From contig CALCZC010000025.1 in assembly GCA_937903605.1 (NCBI GenBank), positions 67,275-131,274 on the forward strand: DNA of 64,000 bases, written 5' to 3'. The notes below the pieces were generated by a model. That model saw only the letters and a list, made by a program, of their open reading frames with translations. It was not told where the DNA came from and did no database searches. Position numbers and translations under genes: made by a program. Source of the stretch: an uncultured bacterium. Lineage in GTDB: Bacteria > Patescibacteriota > Patescibacteriia > Magasanikbacterales > GWA2-37-8. This document shows, piece by piece, positions 1 to 9,941 of the stretch (within the stretch, counting starts at the first letter, position 1; each line of letters begins with the position of its first letter).

Positions 1-1
1 A

Positions 2-1507
2 AAGTTACAAGACAAACGTTTTGTGAGACTAAAAACCTCGGCATTGCTTTCCGGTACCACGCCAGCCGGAGCGGTAGAAAGACTCAATAATATCTTTTAT
101 GAAATTGCCAGGGCAGGAAATATTATTTTATGTATTCACAATATCCATGAATTGTTCGGAGTCAGCTCAGGGGGTGGTAGTAGTTTGGATGTAGCCGGAG
201 CCTTGGCAGAAAATTTATCCAAAGGTAGATTTTTAACTGTAGCTACTACTAGTCCAGAGGAATTTGCCAGGACTTTTAGCGGTACGACCTTGGGAAATAT
301 CTTTACCAAGATAGATGTGCCGGAGATGAACGAAGACCAAGCGATTCAAGTTATTGAAGCCAAAGTTGGTTATATTGAACATAAACATTCGGTTTTCTTT
401 TCCTATGATGCGATAGAAAAAGCGGTTAAATATAGTCATCGCTTTTTACATGAAACACTTTTACCCGGAAGTGCTTTGGAAGTGGTAGTAGAAGCAGCCG
501 CCTATACCAAAAATCACAAAGGGATAAATTCTTTGGTAACCGGAGAGGAGATATCCAAAGTAATAGCGGATAAGACCGGTATTCCGGTATCCTCGGTTAC
601 TGTCCAAGAAAGCGCTAAATTATTGAATTTAGAGCAAGAAATGCATAAACGCGTTATCGGACAAGATGAAGCCGTGCAGGCGATAGCCTTTGCTCTTCGA
701 CGAGCTCGAGCGGAAATAAGATCGCAAAATAGACCGATTGCTGCCTTCTTGTTTTTGGGCAGTACAGGGGTGGGGAAAACCGAATTGGCCAAAACCATAG
801 CCGAAATTTATTTTGGCGGAGAGAAAAAAATGATTCGTTTGGATATGAGTGAATATCAAGACGCACAAAGCATTTCAAGACTTATCGGCGCGCCCGGTCA
901 AAAAGGTACGGGTGTATTAACTGAAAATGTTCGTCGTAACCCTTTTTCATTGGTTCTGCTTGATGAAATAGAAAAAGCTGATAAAGATATTTTAAATTTA
1001 TTCTTACAAGTTTTAGACGATGGTCGTTTGACCGACAGTGTAGGTAAGGTGGTAGATTTCACCAACACCATAATCATTACTACCAGTAATGCCGGAACTT
1101 CTTTTATTATTCAAGCGCAAAAAGAAGGTGTTTCTTCCGAAGTGGTAAAAGAAAAACTATTACACGGAGAGTTAAAACAATATTTTCGACCGGAATTTTT
1201 GAATCGTTTTGACGGCATTGTATTGTTCAAAGAACTACAAAGAGAAGATTTGAAAAAAATTGCGGGTTTGATGTTAATGCGAGTAGTCAGAGACTTAGAA
1301 GTCAAAGGTATTGAAATGGTTTTTGACGATGAAGCTCAAGAATTTTTGGCTGATGTAGGTTTTGATCCGGAGTTTGGCGCCAGACCGATGCGACGAGCGG
1401 TCCAGGAAAAAGTAGAAAATAAATTGGCTGATTTATTATTAAGCGGTCAAATAAAAAAAGGGAGTAAGATAAAATTAGGTCAAGGAGGAGAAATAACTTC
1501 TTTATAA
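2..1507 (+). CDS. ClpA/B/C-family AAA+ ATPase, 5'-truncated by the window edge
   Basis: The frame is open from the window start. The second AAA module has GSTGVGKT, RLDMSEY, LLDEIEKA, FRPEFLNR and FGARPMRR. Confidence 0.92.
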   Translation, partial: KLQDKRFVRLKTSALLSGTTPAGAVERLNNIFYEIARAGNIILCIHNIHELFGVSSGGGSSLDVAGALAENLSKGRFLTVATTSPEEFARTFSGTTLGNIFTKIDVPEMNEDQAIQVIEAKVGYIEHKHSVFFSYDAIEKAVKYSHRFLHETLLPGSALEVVVEAAAYTKNHKGINSLVTGEEISKVIADKTGIPVSSVTVQESAKLLNLEQEMHKRVIGQDEAVQAIAFALRRARAEIRSQNRPIAAFLFLGSTGVGKTELAKTIAEIYFGGEKKMIRLDMSEYQDAQSISRLIGAPGQKGTGVLTENVRRNPFSLVLLDEIEKADKDILNLFLQVLDDGRLTDSVGKVVDFTNTIIITTSNAGTSFIIQAQKEGVSSEVVKEKLLHGELKQYFRPEFLNRFDGIVLFKELQREDLKKIAGLMLMRVVRDLEVKGIEMVFDDEAQEFLADVGFDPEFGARPMRRAVQEKVENKLADLLLSGQIKKGSKIKLGQGGEITSL

Positions 1508-1513
1508 TTTTTT

Positions 1514-1867
1514 ATGTTTGTTTTGTTAAAATCGCATTTCAAGGATTATTTTATTTTTGTGAGCCTTTTGGTTTCCATTATTTTTTTTGGTTTATCAAGT
1601 TGGTATATTTTTGGTCAAATAAATTGGGGTTTAGAACGTATTTTTTTGCATTATAATATTATTTTTGGTGTGGACAGGATAGGTGAGCCCGGGGATCTGT
1701 GGTATTTTTTTGCCGGCACAATCGGTGTTTTATTATTTAATTATTTATTATCTTTGTTTTTATATACAAAAGATAAGATTATTTCCCGAATTATCATGGT
1801 TTTCGGTGGTGTCTGGCAAATTTTTATGTTTATTGCGATTTCTTTGATTGTTTCTTTGAATAGTTGA
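1514..1867 (+). CDS. Small membrane protein, hypothetical
   Basis: 117 aa, three hydrophobic segments, abuts ftsW. Confidence 0.7.
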   Translation: MFVLLKSHFKDYFIFVSLLVSIIFFGLSSWYIFGQINWGLERIFLHYNIIFGVDRIGEPGDLWYFFAGTIGVLLFNYLLSLFLYTKDKIISRIIMVFGGVWQIFMFIAISLIVSLNS

Positions 1868-1868
1868 T

Positions 1869-2975
1869 ATGCAAAACGGAGAACTTTCAAAAAAAAGTAT
1901 TGATTGGAATTATCTTATATATATCTTTATTTTGTTAGCTTTTGGTTTGGCAATGCTAGCTTCAGCTTCCGCACCGCTTGGTTATATCAAATTTAACGAT
2001 TCCTATTTTTATCTCAAGCGCCAAATGCTTTTTGGGGTTTTACCGGGCTTGGCGCTTTTTTTTGTCGCTTTGAAAATGAAAAATGAATGGTTTCGTTTTT
2101 TGGCTTGGCCGGCTTATTTTTTGGGTTTACTTTTAGTTTGTTTGACATTTATTCCCGGGATAGCATTGGTCTTGAACAATTCTAGCAGTTGGATACAGAT
2201 TTGGGGTTTTTCTTTTCAGCCGGGTGAATTCATGAAATTGGGACTAGTTTTATTATTAGCGGCCATGCTTTCCGATCCGCATAGAGATGTTCGGGATTGG
2301 CAAAACGGTTTATTGCCGGTTTTGGTTTTTATTGGTATTCCGTTGGGTTTGATTTTAGCTCAACCGGATTTGGGGATGATGTTAATTTTGGGGGTTATTG
2401 CTTTCTGTATGCTTTTTGCCGCGCGTTTGCCGTGGAGTTATTTGATAATTTTGGGGTTGCTCGGAATAGTAGTTTTTTCCGGAATGGTCATGATAAAACC
2501 TTATCGCATGGAAAGATTGACTGTTTTTATGCATCCTGAACTTGATCCTCAGGGAGTTGGTTATCATGTCAATCAGGCTTATTTGGCTGTTGGATCCGGT
2601 GGTTTTTGGGGATTGGGTTTTGGTCATTCACGACAAAAGTACCAGTATTTACCTGAAGTCAACGCCGACTCTATCTATGCGGTTATTGCCGAGGAAATGG
2701 GATTCTTGATTGCCGCGGGCTTGATTTTACTTATTGGACTTATTGCTTTACGCGGTTTGAAAATAGCACGAAGCTGTGAAGATGAATTTGCCAGATATGT
2801 CGTGGTAGGGGTTTCGGCCTGGTTTTTTTGTCAGTCAATTATCAATATTGGCGCGATGGTCGGGGTTTTGCCGCTTACGGGAGTACCTCTACCATTTGTT
2901 TCTCATGGTGGTTCGGCGATGTTGATTTCTTTGATAGCAGTAGGAATGGTTTTGAATTTCAGTAAAAATGACTAA
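1869..2975 (+). CDS. ftsW: SEDS-family peptidoglycan polymerase FtsW
   Basis: FQPGEFMK, QPDLG, GSGGFWGLGFG, LPEVNADSI and PLTGVPLPFVSHGGS motifs. Confidence 0.93.
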   Translation: MQNGELSKKSIDWNYLIYIFILLAFGLAMLASASAPLGYIKFNDSYFYLKRQMLFGVLPGLALFFVALKMKNEWFRFLAWPAYFLGLLLVCLTFIPGIALVLNNSSSWIQIWGFSFQPGEFMKLGLVLLLAAMLSDPHRDVRDWQNGLLPVLVFIGIPLGLILAQPDLGMMLILGVIAFCMLFAARLPWSYLIILGLLGIVVFSGMVMIKPYRMERLTVFMHPELDPQGVGYHVNQAYLAVGSGGFWGLGFGHSRQKYQYLPEVNADSIYAVIAEEMGFLIAAGLILLIGLIALRGLKIARSCEDEFARYVVVGVSAWFFCQSIINIGAMVGVLPLTGVPLPFVSHGGSAMLISLIAVGMVLNFSKND

Positions 2976-3040
2976 ACAAGAGGTTTGACAAGAGTTGTAA
3001 TTATTGGAATAATTAAGCAAATAATTAAAATTAAAAAAAT

Positions 3041-4096
3041 ATGAAATTACTTGTTTGTGGGGGCGCAGGCTTTATCGGATCCAATTTTATCCGTTATATG
3101 CTCAATAAATATCCGGATTACAAAATAGTCAATTATGACAAATTGACCTATGCCGGTAATTTGGAAAATCTAAAAGACATAGAAAATAATCCCAATTATA
3201 CTTTTGTTCAAGGTGATATTGTGGATTTGGAAAATTTGGATAAAGTTGTTAAAGAATATAGTATAACTCATGTAATAAATTTTGCGGCGGAAACCCATGT
3301 GGACAGATCTATTCATGGCGGCTGTAAGGACTTTGTCTTGACTAATACTTTGGGGGTACAAATGATTTTGGATGCTGTTCGCAATAATAAACTGGAAAAA
3401 TTCGTTAATGTTTCCACAGATGAAGTTTATGGATCTTTGGAGCTGGATGAACCAAGTCGTTTTACCGAAAGTACTCCTATAGAACCAAATATGCCATATG
3501 CAGCGGCCAAAGCCGGTGGAGATCTGATGTGTCGGGCTTATTTTGCCACACATAAAGTTCCGGTTGTAGTTACTCATTGTTCCAACAATTACGGACCATA
3601 CCAATTTCCGGAAAAATTGATTCCATTTTTTATTTTTAAACTTTTTAAAGGTGAAAAGGTTCCGGTTTATGGCGATGGGCTGAATGTGCGCGATTGGATT
3701 CATGTGGTTGATCATGCGCGAGCTTTGGATTTATTACTACACAAAGGTGTTCCCGGCGAGGTTTATAATATTGGTGTGGATAATGAAAGAAATAATTTGG
3801 AAATTACCAAAATGATTTTGAAATTGATGAATTTGGGTGAAGACAGGATAGAATATATTACCGATAGACCAGGGCACGATCGTCGTTATGCCATTGATGC
3901 GAGTAAAATAACCGCCCTTGGCTGGTCTCCGGAATATAACAAAGAAAAATTTGAACAAGGCCTTCAAGAAACCATACAGTGGTATTTGAACAACCAGCCC
4001 TGGGTGGAAAATCTTTATCAAAAAAAGAAAGATGAAATGAATAAATTTCAAAATGATTTACAAAGATCACAAGAAAAAATGAAATCTTCGACATAA
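3041..4096 (+). CDS. rmlB: dTDP-glucose 4,6-dehydratase
   Basis: GGAGFIGSNF, DKLTYAGN, AAETHVDRSI, STDEVYG and DRPGHDRRY motifs. Confidence 0.97.
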   Translation: MKLLVCGGAGFIGSNFIRYMLNKYPDYKIVNYDKLTYAGNLENLKDIENNPNYTFVQGDIVDLENLDKVVKEYSITHVINFAAETHVDRSIHGGCKDFVLTNTLGVQMILDAVRNNKLEKFVNVSTDEVYGSLELDEPSRFTESTPIEPNMPYAAAKAGGDLMCRAYFATHKVPVVVTHCSNNYGPYQFPEKLIPFFIFKLFKGEKVPVYGDGLNVRDWIHVVDHARALDLLLHKGVPGEVYNIGVDNERNNLEITKMILKLMNLGEDRIEYITDRPGHDRRYAIDASKITALGWSPEYNKEKFEQGLQETIQWYLNNQPWVENLYQKKKDEMNKFQNDLQRSQEKMKSST

Positions 4097-4105
4097 TTTA
4101 TTCGT

Positions 4106-4522
4106 ATGCAAAAATTTCAACAATTTTCCCTGAAAAAAATAGAAGTTCCCGGTAAATTTGTTATGAGTCCGGTGGAACTCAAAGATTATATCGATTTTGA
4201 AGTGAAAAGAATTTATTATATAACAAAAGTGGAGGCCCCGACCGGCGCGCATTGTCATAAAGTGGAAGAAGAATTGTTTATTTTGCTTTCCGGCACTTGC
4301 ACGGCCGTGATAGACAAAGGAAACGGCTTGGAAGAAATTTCGATGACCGGACCGACTGATGCACTCTATGTTCCAGGTTATGTTTGGCATCATTTCAAAG
4401 ATTTTTCTCCGGACGCCATACTTTTGGCCGTTTCTTCCACCAATTACAATCCGGATAGAAGCGATTATATAGAAAACTACGAAGAATATTTGAAAGTAAG
4501 AGATGAAAAATTGAAAGTTTAA
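4106..4522 (+). CDS. FdtA/QdtA (WxcM-like) cupin, dTDP-sugar ketoisomerase family
   Basis: FEVKRIYYI, GAHCHK, VWH and YNPDRSDYIENYEEY match the FdtA-type cupin pattern. Confidence 0.78.
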   Translation: MQKFQQFSLKKIEVPGKFVMSPVELKDYIDFEVKRIYYITKVEAPTGAHCHKVEEELFILLSGTCTAVIDKGNGLEEISMTGPTDALYVPGYVWHHFKDFSPDAILLAVSSTNYNPDRSDYIENYEEYLKVRDEKLKV

Positions 4523-4523
4523 T

Positions 4524-5378
4524 ATGAAAGTTTTAATCTTGGGTTACAAAGGAATGCTCGGACAATCTTTGACCGATGAATTTAAAAACAACGGCTATGA
4601 AGTCGTACTTTGGGATAAAGAAGATATAGATGTTGGCGATTTTGAATTGTTAAACCAAAAAATAAAAGAAGTACAGCCTAATATTTTGATAAACGCCACG
4701 GCCGTGAATGCCGTGGATAAGATAGAAGAAGACCCAAATGTTTTTGAATTGGCTTGGAAAATTAATGGAGAAGCAATAGGGGAATTGGCCAAAATTTGTA
4801 AAGAACAAAATATTTTGTTGGTTCATTATTCGTCCGATTATGTTTTTTATGGTGATAAAAAAGAAGGTTACGATGAAAACAGTGAAACCAACCCCGTGGA
4901 CAAATACGGGCAAACCAAAGCTAGGGGAGAAAAATTATTGCAAGAAAAAGGGGATAAATATTATTTAATTCGTTTATCCAAACTGTTTGGCAAACCGGCA
5001 ATAAGTGAAGGAGCGAAAAAAAGTTTTGTAGATACTATGATCTGGTTGGCAAATGAAGGTGGTAAAACACACCTTGATCTGGTGGATGAGGAAATCAGTT
5101 CTCCGACTTACGCGCCGGATTTGGCAATATTTACCAGGAATTTGTTGGAAGAAAATAAACCCTTTGGAATTTACCATGGCGCCAATAGCGGAGTTTGTAG
5201 TTGGTATGAATTGGGGAAAGCGACGTTTGAATTGAAAAATATCAAAATAGATATTTCACCGGTGAGCGGGGATAAATTCCAGAGACCCGCAAAAAGACCG
5301 GTTTACTCGGAACTCAAAAATACGAAAATGCCGTTACAGAGAAGTTGGCAAGAAGCGCTCAAAGAGTATTTAAAATAA
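4524..5378 (+). CDS. rmlD: dTDP-4-dehydrorhamnose reductase
   Basis: GYKGMLG, SSDYVF, YGQTK, SSPTY and RPAKRP motifs. Confidence 0.95.
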   Translation: MKVLILGYKGMLGQSLTDEFKNNGYEVVLWDKEDIDVGDFELLNQKIKEVQPNILINATAVNAVDKIEEDPNVFELAWKINGEAIGELAKICKEQNILLVHYSSDYVFYGDKKEGYDENSETNPVDKYGQTKARGEKLLQEKGDKYYLIRLSKLFGKPAISEGAKKSFVDTMIWLANEGGKTHLDLVDEEISSPTYAPDLAIFTRNLLEENKPFGIYHGANSGVCSWYELGKATFELKNIKIDISPVSGDKFQRPAKRPVYSELKNTKMPLQRSWQEALKEYLK

Positions 5379-5384
5379 ATTAAC

Positions 5385-5412
5385 AAAAAACAGCCCAAAC
5401 AGGCTGTTTTTT
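5385..5412 (+). terminator. Intrinsic terminator after rmlD
   Basis: AAAAAACAGCC-CAAACA-GGCTGTTTTTT hairpin with U-tract. Confidence 0.75.
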
Positions 5413-5421
5413 GTTTTAATC

Positions 5422-5450
5422 TTGACAAAATAGCCAAAATGTGCTAATCT
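5422..5450 (+). promoter_or_regulatory. Sigma70-type promoter for the GC-rich ORFan
   Basis: TTGACA-17 nt-TAATCT with TG at the extended -10 position. Confidence 0.6.
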
Positions 5451-5502
5451 AATTCCGTGTTCTTTGTTAGTTTCATAAACTTTTTTTGGAAGAGGTAAAA
5501 AC

Positions 5503-5961
5503 ATGACCAAGTACAAGCAGTGGGATCTGTTGACCGATGACGAGAAGTACAACCTGTGTAATCTCGGCCCCGACGGCAAGAAACAGTTCTACGAGGTCAT
5601 CATGGGCCAGTACGGGCAGCCGCTCATCGTGGCCGAACCCGACAGGGCCTTCCCGTGTCCGGCGACGCTCGAGTATGTCAACGCCAAGGGCGAGCAGGCG
5701 GTGCCCAATGAGAAGATCGCCGGGATCATCTGCAGTGATGGTAAGCGTTTCTCGCTGACCAACGCCGCCAACAAAGGGATCAGGATCGAGCCCAAGGAAG
5801 ACGGTTCGATTCAGGTCGACAATGAGGTCTGGTGGATCAAGACGCTGTTCCAGAAGGACAAGAACCGCGTCATCAACTACGATGCGTACCTTGTCCCGAC
5901 CAAGCCGGAGCAGGTCAAGGTCATCGAATTGGCCGACCTCGTCAGCTTCCTCTGTTCCTAG
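5503..5961 (+). CDS. Hypothetical protein, GC-rich foreign gene
   Basis: 152-aa ORF with strong GC3 bias, AGAGGT SD-like motif, own promoter and a downstream hairpin/U-tract at 5976-6002. Confidence 0.8.
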   Translation: MTKYKQWDLLTDDEKYNLCNLGPDGKKQFYEVIMGQYGQPLIVAEPDRAFPCPATLEYVNAKGEQAVPNEKIAGIICSDGKRFSLTNAANKGIRIEPKEDGSIQVDNEVWWIKTLFQKDKNRVINYDAYLVPTKPEQVKVIELADLVSFLCS

Positions 5962-6060
5962 TTTCCACGGGTTTGCCGATTGTCCCTAACAATCGGTTTT
6001 TTGTTTACAAAACACGTTTTTGATGATAAAATCAGAATAACCTTTTTAACTAAAAATTTT

Positions 6061-7119
6061 ATGAAAATTTTAGATAATTTAGCCAAAATTAAGCAACTTG
6101 ATAGTAAAAACATGCTTGGTAGTATTGAATTGCTGGGGCAACAAATAAAGGAAGTAGAAAAAGCAGTTAAAACTATAAAGATTCCGAAAAATTATAAAAA
6201 GTTTGAAAATATTATCGTGTGTGGGATGGGTGGATCAGCCCTGGGTGCGCATCTGATAAAAAGCGTATATAAAAATGATTTGAAAACTCCTTTGTCTATT
6301 GTGAACGGTTATCATTTACCCGGGTTTGCGAATAAAAATACTTTGGTGATACTTAGTAGTTATTCGGGAAACACCGAAGAAGTAATATCTTGCGCCGTTG
6401 AAGCTAAAAAGAAAAAATGTAAAATTGCCGTGATTGCCTCAGGTGGTAAATTGGCGACTTTGAGTAAAAAAGAAAAATATCCGGCTTTGATTTTTACTAC
6501 AGAAAATAATCCGTGCGGATCACCGCGTATGGGGTTGGGTTATTCCATTGTCGGACAGATTTATTTATTTTCTAAATTAGGTCTATTAAAAGTTAAAACT
6601 GAGAAGCTGAAAAAAATTCCGGAGTTAATAGGGGAGTTAAATAAAAAATTCGGTGTTAAAGTAAAAAGTATTTTGAAAGATGTTGCCGAAAAAACAAAAG
6701 GTAAATCCGTGTGGTTTGTCGGAGCCGAACATCTCGGAGGTTCGGCGCATATTGCCGCCAATCAGATGAATGAAAACGCCAAACGTTTTGCCGGATATTT
6801 TCTCATCCCGGAACTGAATCACCATTTGATGGAAGGGATGATAAATCCCAAAAACAATAAAGATAATTTGTTGTTTGTATTTCTAGAATCGGATTTGTAT
6901 AGCGATAATTTCAAAAAACGTTTTGTCTTGACTAAAGAAATTTTGAAAATGAATAAGATAAATTTTGTTTCTATCAAAGCGAAAGAAAAATCCGCTTTGG
7001 AACAAACTGTGGAAATATTGATTATGAGCTCTTATTTGAGTTTTTATTCTGCGATGGTAGAGGGGATTGATCCAACTGCGATTCCTTTCGTTGATTTTTT
7101 TAAGAAAAAATTGGTTTAA
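6061..7119 (+). CDS. Bifunctional phosphoglucose/phosphomannose isomerase (SIS domain)
   Basis: GMGGSALG, SYSGNTEE, QMNENAK and PELNHH motifs; ATG at 6061 preferred. Confidence 0.9.
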   Translation: MKILDNLAKIKQLDSKNMLGSIELLGQQIKEVEKAVKTIKIPKNYKKFENIIVCGMGGSALGAHLIKSVYKNDLKTPLSIVNGYHLPGFANKNTLVILSSYSGNTEEVISCAVEAKKKKCKIAVIASGGKLATLSKKEKYPALIFTTENNPCGSPRMGLGYSIVGQIYLFSKLGLLKVKTEKLKKIPELIGELNKKFGVKVKSILKDVAEKTKGKSVWFVGAEHLGGSAHIAANQMNENAKRFAGYFLIPELNHHLMEGMINPKNNKDNLLFVFLESDLYSDNFKKRFVLTKEILKMNKINFVSIKAKEKSALEQTVEILIMSSYLSFYSAMVEGIDPTAIPFVDFFKKKLV

Positions 7120-7173
7120 TTATTACCAAAACTTACTTGCTTACTAGCTTACTAGCTTATAAGCTAACAAAAT

Positions 7174-8052
7174 ATGAAATTGTCAGTAATCACTGTTACT
7201 TGGAAAAATGAATCATCTATTGGAAAGCAAATAGAAAGCGTACAAAAGGGTGCGACTGGTTTAGAATTGGAGCAGATTATCGTGGACAACGGTTCAACGG
7301 ATAGGACAATAGAAGTTGTCAAAAATTATCCGCAAATCAAACTTATTCAAAATAAAGAAAATCTCGGTTTTGGTGCGGCTAATAATCAAGGTTATAAAAT
7401 CGCCACCGGTGACTATATTTTATTTTTGAACCCTGATAATGAAGTGGAACCAGATTCTTTATTAAAACTTTGTAAAATGATGGAACAACGTCCAGAAATT
7501 GGTTTGCTGAGTTGTAAATTGACTACTCAAGAAGGGCTATTTAATGAAGGTGCCAAACCTAGGCGTTATCCTGGTTTGATTGATCAATTGGCCTTGTTGC
7601 TTAAAATTCCACATCTATTTCCGAAAGTTTTAGATAAATATTTAATGAAAGACTTTAATCCGGAAATAGAACAGGAGGTAGAAACGGTGAGGGGAGCTTT
7701 TATGTTGCTACGAAAATCAACCTTAGATAAACTGGGCTGGGGTTTTGATCCACGATATTTTATTTGGTTTGAAGATGTGGACCTGTGTAAAGAAGTACAA
7801 AAATTGGGGCTAAAAGTATTTTATACCCCAGAAGTTTCTTGTGTTGATTTGGTTGGACAAAGTTTTAAACAGCAAGATAATTTATGGAAGCAAAAGATTT
7901 TTACTGCTAGTATGGTACAATATTTTCAAAAGTGGGAACCATGGTATGTGTGGGTTTGGGTTGTATTTTTAAGGCCAGTAGCAATATTTTTAGTTTGGTT
8001 TAAAGTCTCTCTAAAGAGAAAAGAAAAAGAAAAAATTAAGCCATATTTATAA
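7174..8052 (+). CDS. GT2 glycosyltransferase (rhamnosyltransferase-like)
   Basis: VDNGSTD, NLGFGAANN, FLNPD and FEDVDLC motifs. Confidence 0.9.
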   Translation: MKLSVITVTWKNESSIGKQIESVQKGATGLELEQIIVDNGSTDRTIEVVKNYPQIKLIQNKENLGFGAANNQGYKIATGDYILFLNPDNEVEPDSLLKLCKMMEQRPEIGLLSCKLTTQEGLFNEGAKPRRYPGLIDQLALLLKIPHLFPKVLDKYLMKDFNPEIEQEVETVRGAFMLLRKSTLDKLGWGFDPRYFIWFEDVDLCKEVQKLGLKVFYTPEVSCVDLVGQSFKQQDNLWKQKIFTASMVQYFQKWEPWYVWVWVVFLRPVAIFLVWFKVSLKRKEKEKIKPYL

Positions 8053-8053
8053 T

Positions 8054-9097
8054 ATGCCAAAACTTTCTGTAAATTTAGTTGTCTGGAACGGGGCGAAATA
8101 TTTGCCTTATCTTTTTGATTCACTGCGTAAACAAAACTATCAAGATTGGGAATTGCAAATTTTAGATAATAATTCTACCGACAATACCATAGAAATTATT
8201 GAAAAAGAAATTATAAATTTTCCGGTCTCGGTAAGATTTTTCAAAGAAAAAGAAAATCATGGTTTTGCCAAAGGACATAATACATTATTTGCAGAAAGCG
8301 ACGATGAATATTTTTTACTTTTGAATCAAGATATGTATTTGGCGGAAGATTGTTTAGAAAAAATGGTAGATTTTTTGGATAAAAATCCGGCAGTTGCCGC
8401 AGTTTCACCTCGTTTGATGCGTTGGGATTTTGCCAAAATCAATGAAGGATTATTCGGGTCTTTTTCTTCACAAATAGACGCTTTGGGTTTGAAAGTTTTT
8501 CGTAATCGTCGCGTGATAGAACAGTATACCGGAAAAAATTGGGAAGAGATAAAAAATATTTTTGGATCAAAAGATAAAATGGAAGTTTTTGGCGTCTCCG
8601 GAGCTTTTCCGATGTATCGTCGTAGTGTCATAAAAAATGTTTTGTTTGATAACGGGCAGATGCTTGATGAAAGTTATCAATCTTACAAAGAAGATGTGGA
8701 TTTGGCTTATCGGTTGCAAGCCTCCGGGTACTCTTCCTTTATATTACTCGATACCATTGCTTATCATGATAGAGCCGGTGCCGGTCCTAAAGAAAGTGGA
8801 GATTTAGCGGCTTTAAAAAATAAGAAGAAACACAGTCCTTGGGTCAAATATTTTAGCTATAGAAATCATTTGGCGACTCTTTATAAAAACGAGCGCTGGC
8901 AAAACTTTTGGCTTGATTTTGTTTTTATTTTATGGTATGAATTGAAAAAGTTCGTTTATTTTTTGATTTTTGAACCGAAGATTTTAAAAGGTTGGGCCGA
9001 TTTGATGAAAGAAAGAAAAAATTTAAAAAGTAAAAGACAAGAAATTAAAAACAAACAAAAAATTTCTTGGAGGGATTTACGTAAATGGTGGAAATAA
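8054..9097 (+). CDS. GT2 glycosyltransferase
   Basis: DNNSTD, NHGFAKGHN, LNQD and KEDVDLAYR motifs. Confidence 0.9.
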   Translation: MPKLSVNLVVWNGAKYLPYLFDSLRKQNYQDWELQILDNNSTDNTIEIIEKEIINFPVSVRFFKEKENHGFAKGHNTLFAESDDEYFLLLNQDMYLAEDCLEKMVDFLDKNPAVAAVSPRLMRWDFAKINEGLFGSFSSQIDALGLKVFRNRRVIEQYTGKNWEEIKNIFGSKDKMEVFGVSGAFPMYRRSVIKNVLFDNGQMLDESYQSYKEDVDLAYRLQASGYSSFILLDTIAYHDRAGAGPKESGDLAALKNKKKHSPWVKYFSYRNHLATLYKNERWQNFWLDFVFILWYELKKFVYFLIFEPKILKGWADLMKERKNLKSKRQEIKNKQKISWRDLRKWWK

Positions 9098-9101
9098 TTA
9101 T

Positions 9102-9941
9102 ATGAAAGACATAACAATAGTATTTGTAAATTATTTAATGAAAGACGACATTATAAATGCTGTCGATTCTTTGATCAAAGATATTGCTGATTGTCCCTAT
9201 GCCGTTCAAATAACGGTTACAGACAATTCGCAAAACAAAGATAATATCAAAGAATCTTTGGCGGAAAAATTTCCGCAAGTTAAATATATTGATTGTGGAG
9301 GAAATATCGGCTTTGGTGCCGGCAATCAAGTCGGTTTTATAGACACTCCGGCTCGTTATTATTTTGCTATTAATCGTGATACGATAATTCCAGAAAACAG
9401 CAGGACGATAGAACGGTTGGTAAGATTTATGGATGAACATCCTAAAATCGGCTGTATTGGGCCAAAATTACTGAACATGGACGGAACTCTGCAGGATACT
9501 TGTTATCGTTTTGATTTTCGTGCTTTATTGATTAAACCGCTCAAACAAATAAATTTTGATAAAAAATATGCTTGGGTAAAAAAATATACAGATTATCTTC
9601 TGATGAAAGATTTTGATCATAACGAAACCAGACCTGTAGATTGGGTTTTGGGAGCGGCCATGATAGTGCGTCAAGAAGTGGTAAACGAAATTGGTTGGTT
9701 TGATCCTAGATATTTTATGTATTTGGAAGATTGCGACTGGTGTCGCAGGATGTGGGAGTACCACTGGCCGGTTTATTATGTCCATGATATTGTCATATTA
9801 CATCGTCACGAAAGACAATCTGCCAAAGTTCCGGGAATTTTCAAAGCTTTGATAAAAAATAAAACCGCCCGCATCCATCTGGCCAGTTGGTGTAAATACC
9901 TCTGGAAATGGAAAGGTAAATATAAATATTATGCTGAATAA
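9102..9941 (+). CDS. GT2 glycosyltransferase
   Basis: NIGFGAGN, VDWVLGAAM and YFMYLEDCDWC motifs. Confidence 0.9.
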   Translation: MKDITIVFVNYLMKDDIINAVDSLIKDIADCPYAVQITVTDNSQNKDNIKESLAEKFPQVKYIDCGGNIGFGAGNQVGFIDTPARYYFAINRDTIIPENSRTIERLVRFMDEHPKIGCIGPKLLNMDGTLQDTCYRFDFRALLIKPLKQINFDKKYAWVKKYTDYLLMKDFDHNETRPVDWVLGAAMIVRQEVVNEIGWFDPRYFMYLEDCDWCRRMWEYHWPVYYVHDIVILHRHERQSAKVPGIFKALIKNKTARIHLASWCKYLWKWKGKYKYYAE

